Source: Reclinomonas americana ATCC 50394
Taxonomy: Eukaryota
Direction: 5' to 3'
NCBI GenBank assembly: GCA_048213135.1
Contig: PS015099.1
Location: 8,547 to 57,656, forward strand
Length of the DNA: 49,110 nucleotides
Numbering within the stretch: position 1 is the first letter of the stretch; each line of letters opens with the position of its first letter. Shown piece by piece: positions 10,636-23,557 of this stretch. Under the pieces are notes generated by a model. It was given only the letters and a program-made list of their open reading frames with translations, was not told where the DNA came from and searched no databases. Position numbers and translations under genes: made by a program.

Positions 10636-13600
10636 ATGGGCTCCACAGCCTCCGCATCAGCGCGGGAAAAGGCGGAGAGAAAGCGCAGGAAACTGGCACT
10701 GGAGACCTCTGGTGAGTGAGTGAGTNNNNNNNNNNNNNNNNNNNNNNNNNNNNNNNNNNNNNNNNNNNNNNNNNNNNNNNNNNNNNNNNNNNNNNNNNNN
10801 NNNNTAGAAAGGGAAAGAAAGAGAGAGAGAGGCAAAGAGGGAGGGAGGGAAGGAGAGAGACAGGAGAAGAGGGGAAGTCATGAGAGCGGGTCGTGCTACA
10901 GCCTCTGCAATCGAGGAGCGAGAGTGATAGGCAGAGAACAGAGGCAGCTGTTCGCGACTCTTGGATCTTGAGTTGCGAAAGAGAGAAGCAGGATCATCCT
11001 TCGACAATTGTGAACAGAGAACATGGGCGGCTGTTCTCGTGTCATTCTTCAAGCTTCTGTTGTGAGGGATGGGGAAGCATGGAGGATACAGCAACCTCTG
11101 TAATCGAGGAGCGAGAGTGATGGTCAGAGTACTGAGGCAGCTGTTCTCGACTCTTGGATCCTGAGTTGCGAAAGAGAGAAAGAGAAAGGGAGAAAGCAGG
11201 ATCATCCTTCAACACTTGTGAACAGAGAACATGGGCGACTGTTCGCATGTCACTCTTAATGCTTGTGTTGTGAGAAATGGGGAGAGAGAGAGAGAGAGAG
11301 GAATCAATGAGCTGGATCATACTTCGACACCGTGCGATCGAGGAAGGAGACAGCAGAGATCACAGAATAAGGATAGGCGCACTCGCTCAGAGAAGCAGCC
11401 ATTCCCATTCGCCCTTTTTTTTTTGACTTGTTTGGCTGCTGGTCAGTTGCTGTGGGCGTGCATTGAGGACAGCGCTGCGTGGATTGCCGTGCGTGTCTTG
11501 TCGGCGCCGTGGGCCTCGCAGATCCACTTGGCCAACTGCCTCGGGCACATGTCGCGTGAGAGTTGCGCTTGCGCAAAACTGACTTTGGCTGCTCGTCGTG
11601 TTTGCGTGAGCCGCTCAACTCTTTCCTCCTCATGTGCAGCCAAGTACCACAATCGGCTGGTGGAGTGGGGGGTGTTGCATTCGGTGTGCAAGCTGCTGAC
11701 GTCGGAGCAGCCGTCGGTGCAGTACCATGCGGCTCGCGCTATGCGTGAGTTCGCCGCGAATGGGGAGGTGGAGGCGCACGTGGTGCGAGAGAACCCGATC
11801 CCGGCTCTGGTCGCTCTGCTGCCTCGCAATAATTCGTACGCTCGCACACGAGTGGCGAGTCTCGCCTCGCTGGGAGCACTGGCCGCCAATGGTGACATGT
11901 TGCACCAAATCATTGTCACTCGTGGCGCACAGCTGCTGCGCGAACTGGCTGTGTTTGGCGACGACATGACACGCAGCGCGTTGCACAAGGAGTACATTCT
12001 GGAGATCTTTGCCTCGTTCACGGTTCGTCGACGCTCCATCCAGCTGTCACGCTCTCTTGTCTCCTTTCTCATCGCCCCACGCAGGTCTCCTTTGCGTCGC
12101 AATCATTGCTGCGCAACGAGCTCTTCTTTCGCCCAGACATGCTCGACGAGCACATGAAGGAGAAGCCACTCGACAATGTCCTCTTCCTCACCAAGAGCCG
12201 CAATGTGGTGCACGTGGCCGACGCCATGTGGGCGCTGGCCAATTACATCGAGTCCGACGCTCTCCGACCGCCCGTCCTCGGTCATCAGGGCGTGTTCGAC
12301 ACGCTGTTCCGCATGGCCAAGATCCCGTACCCGCAACTGCGCTTCGAGGTGGCGCGCTGCCTGCTCGCAATGGCCTGCAATCGCGAAGACGGCTCTCAAG
12401 GTTTCCGTGCTGCCCCCTCTCCTTTTGCTCTCTCTCTCTCTTGGCTCACTCACCCCGCACGTACTCCACAGCCGAGCTCATCAACCGCAAGGGACATCTG
12501 GTGGTGGCGTCGCTGGTGGCCGAAAATCAGCTGCGTCTGCCCGGCGACGATACGGCCGATTACACCAATGAGTTTCTGGTGAATCATGCATTTGCCATTC
12601 TCACACGGCGTCGTGTGTGCGACCCGGATCCCTACAACCCACTGGATGTATCGCGAGTGGCCGATGTGATTTCGCGATCCGTGGCCACAGATGCGCTGCT
12701 GCACTTGGCGCTGGAGGAGGTTTGTGGTTGCACATGCTATTCTTGCACACACTATTTCTGACACTGGTGTCACAGGATTATGTGGACCTGTTCCCGGCGC
12801 TGCCAAACCTGCTGCAGTCGTTGGTGATGCTGATTGGCTGGGACCACAATGTGGGATTCATTCAGCAAAACGCACTGCAGCTACTCACTCGCTTCATGTT
12901 TCGCTGTTGCGTCACTATGTGGGGCATTCTCTCTCACTCCCTCGCGCACAACTGGCTCACTTGTTCAACAGTGCACGTCGGAGACCTGAAAAAGTTGATT
13001 CGCGATTTCCTCGTCTTTGACAAGCTGACGGTGGCGCTGCGGTCACGCGAGGTCGCCGTGCAGTATCGTGCCTGTGACGCACTGGCCACGCTGCTCGAGC
13101 GCACTGGTGAGCACATTCTTGCTTGGTTGCAGCAGTAGCTGCGGTTGACTGACTTTGCGAGCAGACGTTGACGTCGAGCAGGAGCTGCAGGAGAGCCAGG
13201 TGGCGCTTGCCGTGATGCGATTGCTGCGCAACATAGAGAGCCTGCGTGTGGCCGAGGAGGCGCTGCGTGCACTGGCGGCGCTTGCCGAGTACAGTTGCGT
13301 ATATGAGCGTTCTATGTGACGTGATCACTTGCACACACTCACTCCCACACTCGTAGCCTCGATCGCCAACATGGTGCCGGGCAATCGAGTGCTGAGCAAC
13401 GTGATTGAGTTGGGATTCTCGGTCCGACCGTTGGTGAAGGAGCGCGCCGCAAAGGCCATTTTGCGACTAGCCAAGGTCGGCGACGCCATGGCCGATCTGA
13501 TTACCAGTGATCGACACGATGGCTTCCGACCACTGGTGTCCATGTTGCTCGGCGACGACGAACCGCTGCGCATCTTGGCCATGCGTGCGATTGGCGAGCT

Positions 13601-16600
13601 GACTCGCTGTTGCGTCTCTGGGAATTACTCTCTCCCTCTCCCGCTTGTATCGCTGACGCATTTGCTGTGGCAGACGTCACTCCGCGGCAACGCGCTGTGT
13701 CCATGGGACTGGCTGAGGTGTGCCTGGAGATTATTGTCACTGCCGAGGAGCGCTCTGACGAGCGCTCGCTGACTGGCATGGCCACCATCGCGAACCTGCT
13801 CTCCAACTGTTGCGAATATACTGCGGAGTCATCTCATTTCTGGGAACATGTCAGACTCACATCATCTGCGTGCAGTGTACGTACGCCACATGGCCGTGAA
13901 GCGTGGTCTGGCTCGCCGCATGATGGAATCCCTGGCGTCGTCTGTGGTCACTGTCAATTTTGAGGCTCTACGTGCACTCGGCAACTGGTTGGAGTGGCGG
14001 CCCGAAGAGGTTTGCCACTTTGACGATTCCATCTATTGCTTTCACCGGTCTCTCATTCTTTTCGCCTCCACGCAGCATCGACCCGAGATGGTGGCAGCGC
14101 TAATTGCGTGTACACGACACGGATCTACGACAACAGGCGGTCCACAAGGTGGATCGCCATTCACCACTCTCTTGCCTGTGGTGCACGGAGAGATTGTGAG
14201 CGATGGATTCGACGGCGGTGGCAGCAGTATCGGTGGCGCCGGCAGTCCCGAGTCCATCAAGTACGGAGTCAGCATGCTGTCGCCGTTGACCATGGGTAGC
14301 TTGCCCACGTCGGCCATGAGTGACGAGCATGAAGGAGACAGTCGGCAACAAGGTGCACCAGCGCGCCTGGCCACCTTTACGTGGCTGTCTGTCGGGCAGG
14401 TGACATTGGTGGAGGAGGGTGCCAATGCCGCCGAAGATGGCGAGAAACCCGTCGTCCCCAAGTCGGAAGAACCTGCATCACCCCACTCGCCTGCGGTGAG
14501 GAAAAGAAAGGTTGTGTATGTGCGTGCGTTGATGCTGGTGCTGACATGCGGTGCCACTGGTAGGTGGAAGAGGAGCATCGCCCGAAAATGTTTGACCGAC
14601 TGGTGTCCGAGGAGCGGCGTCGGCACGAATCCGGCCGCGTGGTTGCGCCGCCCACCGCCGGCAGTTTCCGCCCGCCCGGCTCTCCTGGCAGTTTGATTGC
14701 GGTGAATCCAGAGGCGAAGCGTGAGCAGCGCATCCAGGCGCAGGAGCGCTTCCGCCAACTGGCGAATCTCAGCTCACCTGCCGCGCTGGAAATGCGTCGT
14801 CGTCACGCCATGGCCGCCGGCGTGAAGCCAGGTTAGTGTGTGTTGTGTGAATTGCGAAAACCTCGCGCCGAGACTCACAAAATGCGCATGTACAGCGGAT
14901 GTTTCGTTGTTGGAAGAGCAGCAACAGCTGGCGGAGACCGTGCGTCGCACTCCGGTGCAAGCCGTGTCGCCCAGCGCCGAATTGGTCGCGGACAGCAACG
15001 CGGAACAGACGAGCGTCATTCCCGGTGCCACGCGTGAGATGATGGATCCGTTGTGCGCCCTGGATTCTTATGTCACCGAGTTGCTCACGGTGCCCGGCTA
15101 CAACATGTTTGAGTGTCTGCGCACGCTGCTCACGTCAGAGCGTGCGTCGGTGCGTGCGGAGGCCGCCCGTGTGCTCGCCAATCTGTGTCGCAGCAGTTGT
15201 GTACTGCACCCCGCACTCGTGCGTTACTACCTTTATCGTCGCTCACTCGTCGATGCAGCCGTGTGCGTGTCGGAGTTTGTGCGCGAAAATGTGCCATCGA
15301 CTTTGGTGTTTCTGCTGGAGGAGGGCGATCTGGAGCAGCGAGACTATGCGATTGTGGCGGTCGAGAATCTGTGTCGACATGGTGCGTCGTGATGGGTGGG
15401 ACTCGCTGCTGTTTGCATTGATGTTGACTTTTTGTGCAGCCTCGATGGTGGAGGATCTGTGTGACTCGCCATTGTTGCATTTGATGTGCCTGCGGGCACA
15501 CGATGTGGCCACGAGCATCAACAGTGGCAAGAAGTTGCAGTCGCTCTCCTCGATGGTGCTACTGAGCTTCCTCAGCGTTGTGGAGACGATGCGCACTGCC
15601 AGCGGTGAGTCTGCCTGTGCCTTGACTGTGGATGCCCAAGACTGACAAGAAACACGTTTTCGCCAGATGTGTGTCGACGGTGCATTGTCGACGACGGTGT
15701 GCTGCAGTTCCTGCTGCCTCTCTTCCTGCGCTGTGAGGTACGTGACCGTGGAAGGAAAGATGACCAAAGTCGCGCCGTGTCTCACCAGAGTCTGCAGAAT
15801 CGGTTCGATCTGGAGTCTGCGTGCGCCAAGACACTGTCGTGGTTGTCACTTGACGGTGCGTGTGCTTGATGGCGCTTGCTGATGATCGAGGTTGTCTCAC
15901 GTTTCTCTTGACTGTTGCAGACCAAGCCCGTGTCTCCTTCCTCGACGCCGGCTTTGTCGACAACTTGATCGACTACGCCTGCCGTCTGACCGAGGCCGAG
16001 GAGCAGTGGACGTCGCAGGCGGATGAACTGCGCGCCATGGTGTCTGCTGCAGGTACATTCTCGCAGTCTGCTGCTTCGCCCTGTGTTGCCGCGCACTCAC
16101 ACAGCGTGTACGCGCATACACAAACAGGTGCACAAGACGTGACTGCCAAGGTCGACATGATCCGCACGCTGCGTGAGAAGATCAGCGAGGTCCACATTTC
16201 GCTGTTCAACACGCTGCAAGTCCTCAACATGTATTCCTCCTCACGTGAGTCGAATGCACTATCGTTGAGCGCGCTGTTTTTGTAACTCTCCAGTTCTGCA
16301 GCCGACAACCAGCGCGTGGTCGGTCGTCTGTTGTTGACGCCGAACTTGTTCAATCGTATCGAGAATACGAGCAGTCGTGTGTCGTACACACAGGGTCATC
16401 AGTTCTTCTTCCGCCTGGCATCGAATCGTTGCGTTGCTCTATTTCAGCAGCAAGCAGTAGCAGCAGCAGTGCCCTTCTTCACTGCCACACTGACCTTCTT
16501 GCTCTCGCAGCTGTCAATGTCGATGCGGCTCTGGAGGCCGATGCTGTGCGGCGCATCACGTACATTGCCGTCGGTTGCCACGATGAGGAGACGCTGGATA

Positions 16601-19600
16601 CGGCCATCAAGGCGTTTTGCAACCTGATGGACACTGGTTTGTGTTGACTCTCCTGTATGCACAGAGATTCTTGCACTGCTCATCACTCTCTACTCCATAC
16701 AGCGCCGCATGAAACCGCAGCCGCACTGCTGCACGAGCAGCCGATGATTGTGCGGTTCTTGCAAGGCTTATCGCCCGACACGGACTTGCCGCCCATGGCT
16801 GTGGTTCTGCACATGGTGTCCCTGGTGGTTGACTTTGGTTCGGTTGCTTTGCGACGGCTTGATCTGCGTTCATTTCTGTTGATCTGATGTGGTCGTCGCC
16901 ACCGCCTTGCAGACCCGTCGTGGTCGACCGAGTTATCGCAGGCGCAGATTGTGGAGAGAGCCGTGCACCTCGTGGCGGCGCTGTCGGATCTGCCAAGTGT
17001 ACTGCTCTTCAGCAGCAGCTCGCAGGTGACCAAGGGCGGACCCGACATCAAGTCACAGCTCGACGCACTGCAGCCGCCGTTTGTCGAGAGCCATGATGTT
17101 GAGTGGCTGCGGCTTGCTTGTCGATGCACTGCTGCTCATTTGGCGCGCCATCCGCACAGCTCGGTGGTCCCGACGACCACTTCAAGGGCGGCACTTTGTG
17201 CAATCGCGCACACTGTGTGCGCCGTGGGCTCCAGTTTGTGCTGGCCATCTGCAACGTCTCCGCCAACAGGGAGCTGGCACAGCGTGCACTGCGCCTCGGC
17301 TCGTTGAGTCTGCTGGCGTATCTGATGCGCTCGGCTGATGTGGACATTGCGCGCCGTGCCTTGGAGTGCACGCACGTGTTGATGTCGATAGGTACTTGCA
17401 TTTTTTCGTCGCTTCGTCATTATTCACCTTCGTTTCTCACTCGCTCCGTGAGTGTAGAAGGACCCGCGGCCGCCGGCGAGTTTGTGGAGGTGGCTGGTGT
17501 CGACCGCCTGGTGCAGTGGCTGGACGATGTTGATATGGCCGACGAGCAGCTGGTGGTGGAGATGATGAGTGTGCTGGTACAACTGAGCGCGCATGGTATG
17601 TCTGACAAGTTGCATCTCTCGTGCGTGCTTGGCGACTCACTCGCCCGCCAACACGCAGAGCGCATTCGATTGGACTTGTGGAATGCCACGTCGCGACAGC
17701 TTGGTGTGCGACTGATGACGGTGGCGGCCACGGCACAGGTCATTCGCAACATGGCCGTGGTGCAGCTGGCTCTCCAGTCGCTCGGAAACATGTTGGAATT
17801 GAGTTGCGAGTTTTTGTACGTGCAGTGTTGCGTGATGCAGATTGGAAGACTCATTCCGTTGGCAGAGGGCGACGGCGCGGACCTGATTGCCACAGTGCCA
17901 CCGCAAAGTATGGTCGAGTACGCTGTGCGGTGCGCGCTGGAGTACGGCTTTGCCAAGTCGGCCGCCACAGTGCTGGAGCGCCTTGGTCGCAGTGGTGCGT
18001 ATGCGTGCCTTTCTGCTGTTACACGGTAATTCTTCAAGCTCACAGTGCCTGCTGCAGTGGACTGCCACCGTGCAATGCTCGCTGGCGGTGCCGTGGAGGT
18101 GGCGGTGCAGGACTTGGCCAGTGCAGTCGATGAACTGAAAATCGCCGGCGCACACATCTTGGCCTTGCTGGCGCGCTCAGGTGCTCCTTGTTGGCTTCAT
18201 CCGACACCAATGTGACAACATTGGCACTGACTGTGTATGTGTAGATTGGACTCGGGAAACACTTGTGATGCGCCACCACGTGATTCGTATCGTGACCGCC
18301 AACGTGGACATGGACACCACCGGCCCGCTGCTCGATCACTCGTTGGAGCTGTTGCAGTCGCTGCTGTCCGACAGTTGCGCTCTCTGGATCTCATTCCCCC
18401 CTTCTGCGTAACTTTTTTTTAATTCCTAGTATATGCAGGTGTGTCGCTCGAGTGTTGTGTAATCGATGGCGTGTGCCACCTGCTTCAAAGTCTGCTGCTG
18501 CACCACTCGCGAGAGGATGCGCGGAGCACCGCCAAGCGTCTGATTGCCGATGTGTTCTGTGAAGGTGCACTCCTCCCCCTCTCTCAATGTCGCTCCCGTT
18601 TCTCACGCATTATTATTATCAGCCAATGTCGATGCACTGCGACACGCCTCCACGGCCGACAACTCAGTGTCGTTCTACATGACGATCATGAGCCAGCTGT
18701 CGAATCCGGCCGCTCGTTCGTGCGTTGCATCGGTGCTGCAGCACATGGCTTGCCATTCTTCGGGTCTGTGTGCGTGTGCGTGCAATGGCTCGTGAATGGA
18801 CTGTGTCTCACACAGACTGATTGTAGACAAGTCGCATGTTATTGACGCCATTCTGCGACACGGCGGCATGTCCATCCTGCTGGACAATGTGCACCCGGAC
18901 CGCCTGCACGCGAGTCTTGTGCTTCCAGTGACCAAGGTATGTGCCCACACACTCGGTATGGGTGTATGTAATGCTCATGATTCGGTGCGTGTTTGCTACT
19001 GCTTGCAGTCACCGGCATCGTCAATGTCGGCCTATGCGGTGGACCCGACGGCCGCCGATGCACGCCTCGTGCCATTCTGGGTGGAGCGGCAGAGTGGTCG
19101 GTTGATGTGCCTGCCGTGGGTGCGCGAGTTGTACCAGCACAATCGTGTCGGCGAGTCGTACATGGTGACGGTGCTGGAGGCGCTCGAGCGGTGCTGTGCC
19201 ACTGGTGCGTCGGCGGGTCACGGCACTGAGAAGTGATGTTTCTGTTAATATTTGTCGTCACAGAGGCCGGTCTGCGCGCACTCTGCGACGAGTCGTGCAC
19301 ACAAGTGCTGTTGGAGACACTGGCGGCGCACGAGGTCGGTGACATTCGACGTCGCCTGCTCACCCTGGTGGCCTGGTTGTCGCACACTGGTGAGGGGGTT
19401 TCGACATTTTTCTGTGTCGTACCACAGCAGCCTTCTCTCATTCGGGGCATGCAGACTCTCGCCACGCCCTGCGCGCCACTGTCCCTCTCTTGGCCTACAA
19501 CATGGGCCACGTGGACGACGTGCAGTCGGAGACGTGTCTGCTGGCCACGCGCATTCTGCTTACACTCAGCGCCGAGTGGGATGCGCCGACATCGGCACTC

Positions 19601-20607
19601 GTGTCGCCGTCGTGTCTGCGACGCGCTGTGGCCGTGCGCGACGATGCTGAATTGCAGTTTGACGCCGGCAGCCTGGCGTTGAAATGTGCACTGCTGGCTC
19701 CGTCGAGCAGCAGTGAGTGGGAAGAGTTGCTGGCGTTCTTGCGTGCCGGCGTGCCGGAAGGAGCGACTCGCGAGACGACGTACACCCTATTGGCGTTGCG
19801 ATCTGTGCTGCAGCGCCTGTCGGCACAGCGGGCGACTCACAAGGCTCGCGAATGTGCGTCACCTCGCGTGCCCCTCTGCGCGTGCAGTCTCAAAGCCGAC
19901 TCATTCGACATGTGATTTGTGTCTGCAGACGATGCGTGGACCCTCGGTCAGCGGCTGCGCAATGCGGTACTGCAACTGCAGGCCCGCTCGACCACCGTCG
20001 TGCCACACAGTCGCGAGTGGCACGAAAAGCGCGACGCGGTGCGCTCACTCGTGCGCCTGGTTGAATCGAAAGGTTTGCGTGCTTGTAGGGGGAAGAAAGC
20101 CACTCGCTTCCTCACTGATCGATCGCAGACGGCTGCGAGGTGCTGGTGCAATCGCAGCTGCCGGAGATGCTCATTGCAGTTGGCCTGATGGGTGTCTCGC
20201 CGGTGCACGGCAGCTGGTTCCAGCGTCGTACTCTGGAGGTGTTGTCGCATGTGGCGCGCCACGATGCTGGTACGTTGGTGGCGAGTGTCACTTGCGTGTC
20301 GAATGGCGAGCTGAATCGCTCCTTTCTTCCCCCCCGTGCAGACGCGCTGGCAGAGCGCATCTGTGCCACTGCTACCGACGTGCAACGCTTGGCGCAGGTC
20401 GCCGATGGTGACAGCGAGGTGGCTCCGTGGGCGGCCGAGACATTGGTGGCCTTGTGGCGCAATGGTTTCGTCGCTGATTGCCGGATGATGTGTTTACGTT
20501 TGGCGGACTCATCCTATTCTTTTCTACAAGCAGAGTCGGTGCGCGCCAGTGTGCGCGCCTCTGTCCCCGACTACGATTGGCCGTTCTTGCAGACAGTGAC
20601 AACATGA
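10636..20607 (+). CDS. very large armadillo/HEAT-repeat protein with N-terminal myristoylation motif (MGSTAS), ~38 introns
   Basis: ATG at 10636 gives MGSTASASAREKAERKRRKLALETS, donor at 10712. A continuous spliced frame runs from 11447 to TGA 20605-20607 with many ARM repeats (LLTSEQPSVQYHAARAMREFA, LRSREVAVQYRACDALATL, LLTSERASVRAEAARVLANL, LMRSADVDIARRALEC). Exon 1 and the 11447 exon differ in phase, so at least one exon is missing, probably in gap 10726-10804. Confidence 0.8.
10893..11345. repeat. ~190-bp degenerate tandem duplication in ARM-gene intron
   Basis: CCTCTGYAATCGAGGAGCGAGAGTGAT...GAGGCAGCTGTTC..GACTCTTGGATCYTGAGTTGCGAAAGAGAGAA...GCAGGATCATCCTTCRACA.TTGTGAACAGAGAACATGGGCG occurs at ~10902-11030 and ~11095-11240, with a third partial copy at ~11310-11340. 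Confidence 0.85.
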
Positions 20608-20738
20608 TCGCGGTGCGCCGGCCGGAGACTCGGGCCGACGCACACATCGGCTCGTTACATGCGTCGTCGTGAACCAGCGCACACGAAAGAGCAAGAGATA
20701 CGACACACACATACACACAATGTGCTCTTGCACTCAAC

Positions 20739-20744
20739 AATAAA
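20739..20744 (+). promoter_or_regulatory. candidate polyadenylation signal AATAAA of the ARM gene
   Basis: AATAAA lies ~130 nt after the stop at 20607, in the short convergent intergenic region before the Hsp70-like stop at 20756. Confidence 0.35.
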
Positions 20745-20755
20745 TAATGAGTGTA

Positions 20756-22101
20756 TTATTTCTTGGCATCCGCCTCCTCGTCGACAGTGGCCGGGCAGAA
20801 GCGCTCTGGGTGTGCCAGCACTTCTGGCGGCACCCCGCCAAACTCGCTGCATGAGAGCGGGGTGACAATGACTCTGTTCTCGCGCTCCGTGGCCACATCC
20901 TTGGCCGACAGCACCAGCTGGTGATTGGCGTCCACATCGAAAAGCAGTCGAATGCGAGGCTTGCCGGCAGGTGCCGGCGCAATCTCGGTGAGTGCAAAGA
21001 CGGCAAGCAGTCGGTTGTCGCGCGCCACGCGCTGCTCGCCCTCGTAGATGCGAAACAGGAGCACCGTCTGGTTGTCGACAGTGGTGGTCACCATCTGATC
21101 TCGTCGGTGAGGGATGGCGCGGTTGCGACCTATAACCACTTCCAGGTTGCCATTGGTCACTTCAAAGCCCAGCGCAAACGGCGAAACGTCGATGAAGAGA
21201 ATGTCTCGCGTGGCCTCCGAGCCGGTGCCGGTGAGAATGGCCGCCTGCGCCGCCGCACCGAAGGCCATGTCTTCCTCGGGGTTGGGGCTGTTGCAGAGCT
21301 TCTTGCCGTTGAAAAAGCGCTGCAGTTGCTCACGCAGCTTGGGCATGCGCGACGTGCCACCAATCAGCACCACCTCGGCGACCTGCTCCTTCCGCTGCCG
21401 ACTGTCGCGCAGAGCGCGTTCCACGAGGTCGACGCACGTGAGAATGCGCTCCTCGTTCATCGCGTTGAATGCCGCCGCGGTGATGGTGGTGTCGAGGTCG
21501 TGGCCCTCATGCTGCGCCCCGACTCGAATCGGCACGGCCTCCTCGAGGCTCGTCACACTGGAGAGTGCGCATTTGGCGCGTTCGCACGCCCGGCACAGGC
21601 GCCACATGGTCTCCATGTTGCCGCTCACATCGAGTTGGTGCGCACGCTGAAAGTTCTCCACCACGTGCCGCACCAGCCGGCGATCAAAGTCGGCGCCGCC
21701 CGCGTTGCGCGAGCTAGCCACTGCCAGCACCTCAAAGATGCCGTCGTCCACCAACACCAGCGACACATCGAAACTGCCGCCTCCGGCGTCCACCAGCAGC
21801 ACCAGCGTCTCCGGTCGCATGGCGTCCTTGTTGATGCGATAAAAGGCCAGTGTCGCCGCCACGGCCGACGGCACAATGCGAATGACCTGGACGCCCGCCC
21901 GCGCCGCCGCCTGATCAATGGCGAAGCGCTGTGCGGTGTTGCAGAGTCCCGTGGTGACGACCACGCGCATCAGCTGTCCGCGCAAGTGGCTCTCGGCGAC
22001 GCGCTTCAGGTACGCAAACTGCAGCGAGAGGAGGTCTTCCACCGAGTATCGCCGCATCTCGCCCTTGAAGAGGACCTCTACTTGCGGTTCGTCGGCGGAG
22101 C
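20756..22101 (-). CDS. divergent Hsp70-like protein, C-terminal exon (NBD remainder + SBD-beta, no lid/EEVD)
   Basis: Acceptor TTAG|GC at 22102/22101. Translation SADEPQVEVLFKGE...LLVDAGGGSFDVSLVLVDDGIFEV...GGADFDRRLV...EVVLIGGTSRMPKL...NPEEDMAFGAAAQAAILTG...IYEGEQRVARDNRLL...FDVDANHQL, ending VDEEADAKK*. Confidence 0.9.
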
Positions 22102-22104
22102 CTA

Positions 22105-22725
22105 ACGAGGGAAAGGTGAGGGAGGAGGTGAGGGGATAGAGGGACAGGAGGAGGAGAGGGGATAGAGAGGAAAGGAGGAGGAGAGGGGATAAAGAGGAAA
22201 GGAGGAGGAGGAGGAGGAGGAGGAGGAAGAAAAGAAGACAAGGAGAAGGCAGACGAGGAGGAAGAAGAGGAGGAAGAGGGAAAAGGAGAAGAAGAAGAAG
22301 AAGAAGAAGAAGAAGAAGAAGAAGGAGAAGAGGAAGAAGAAGAACAAGAAGAAAAAGAAAAGAAGAAGACGAACAAGAACAAGAACAAGAAGGAGAACGG
22401 GGAGAAGAAGAAGACAAAGAGAAGAGAAAGGAGGAGGAAGAGGTGGAGGAATAGAGAAGGAAGAGGAGGAGGAAAAGAGAAGGACAGAAAGAGAGGTGTG
22501 TGAAGGACTCACGGCAGTGAAGCGAGAGAAAGAGAACAATGGAAAAGGCAGACAAGATCACACCAGGCTCGACGACTACAGAGGAAACGACATGAAAGAG
22601 GAAAGGGAGAGGTGAGAGAAGCACTCAGCAGAGCAGAGCAGTGGAAGAGAAGTACGGAGAGACAAGATCGCACCACAAGAGAGAGAAGAACACAAAGAAA
22701 TGAGAGAAAAGAGGAGAAAAGGAAG

Positions 22726-22766
<41 letters not shown>

Positions 22767-22808
22767 CGAGCAGCAGCACTCACAGCAGAGCAGAGGTAGG
22801 GAGGGAGG
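22105..22808. repeat. purine-rich low-complexity intron (GGA/GAA/GA repeats) with degenerate copies of the upstream exon-donor junction
   Basis: (GAA)n, (GGA)n and (GA)n tracts. Minus-strand GGTGTGATCTTGTCTG (~22565) and GGTGCGATCTTGTCT (~22675) resemble the donor at 24266-24280. Confidence 0.75.
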
Positions 22809-23488
22809 NNNNNNNNNNNNNNNNNNNNNNNNNNNNNNNNNNNNNNNNNNNNNNNNNNNNNNNNNNNNNNNNNNNNNNNNNNNNNNNNNNNNNNNNNNNN
22901 NNNNNNNNNNNNNNNNNNNNNNNNNNNNNNNNNNNNNNNNNNNNNNNNNNNNNNNNNNNNNNNNNNNNNNNNNNNNNNNNNNNNNNNNNNNNNNNNNNNN
23001 NNNNNNNNNNNNNNNNNNNNNNNNNNNNNNNNNNNNNNNNNNNNNNNNNNNNNNNNNNNNNNNNNNNNNNNNNNNNNNNNNNNNNNNNNNNNNNNNNNNN
23101 NNNNNNNNNNNNNNNNNNNNNNNNNNNNNNNNNNNNNNNNNNNNNNNNNNNNNNNNNNNNNNNNNNNNNNNNNNNNNNNNNNNNNNNNNNNNNNNNNNNN
23201 NNNNNNNNNNNNNNNNNNNNNNNNNNNNNNNNNNNNNNNNNNNNNNNNNNNNNNNNNNNNNNNNNNNNNNNNNNNNNNNNNNNNNNNNNNNNNNNNNNNN
23301 NNNNNNNNNNNNNNNNNNNNNNNNNNNNNNNNNNNNNNNNNNNNNNNNNNNNNNNNNNNNNNNNNNNNNNNNNNNNNNNNNNNNNNNNNNNNNNNNNNNN
23401 NNNNNNNNNNNNNNNNNNNNNNNNNNNNNNNNNNNNNNNNNNNNNNNNNNNNNNNNNNNNNNNNNNNNNNNNNNNNNNNNNNNNNNNN

Positions 23489-23557
23489 CCGGCTGGTGGC
23501 GCACGTGCTGGTGGCCGCGGTGGAGCCGGTGGTCCGACGGTGGAGGAGGTCGACTAA
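23489..23557 (+). CDS. HSP70: C-terminal fragment of cytosolic Hsp70 (GGPTVEEVD*), on an apparently inverted contig
   Basis: PAGGARAGGRGGAGGPTVEEVD followed by TAA immediately after a gap. EEVD is the cytosolic Hsp70 C-terminal signature. Confidence 0.9.
   Translation, partial: PAGGARAGGRGGAGGPTVEEVD

Noticed and set aside
17103-18029. Many stop-free introns of length 3n (e.g. 1100-1162, 1319-1384, three in this ORF)
   Set aside because: About one third of introns are expected to be 3n, and short GC-rich introns often lack stops. I cannot show enrichment without a count.
935-20607. Alternative genetic code or stop-codon readthrough to explain fragmented ORFs
   Set aside because: All in-frame stops fall in segments bounded by GT...AG with branch-point-like motifs. 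TAA and TGA terminate genes normally.
20921-22105. Long antisense ORF opposite Hsp70-like exon (also opposite canonical Hsp70)
   Set aside because: A known by-product of GC-rich codon usage in Hsp70 genes; no independent coding signal.
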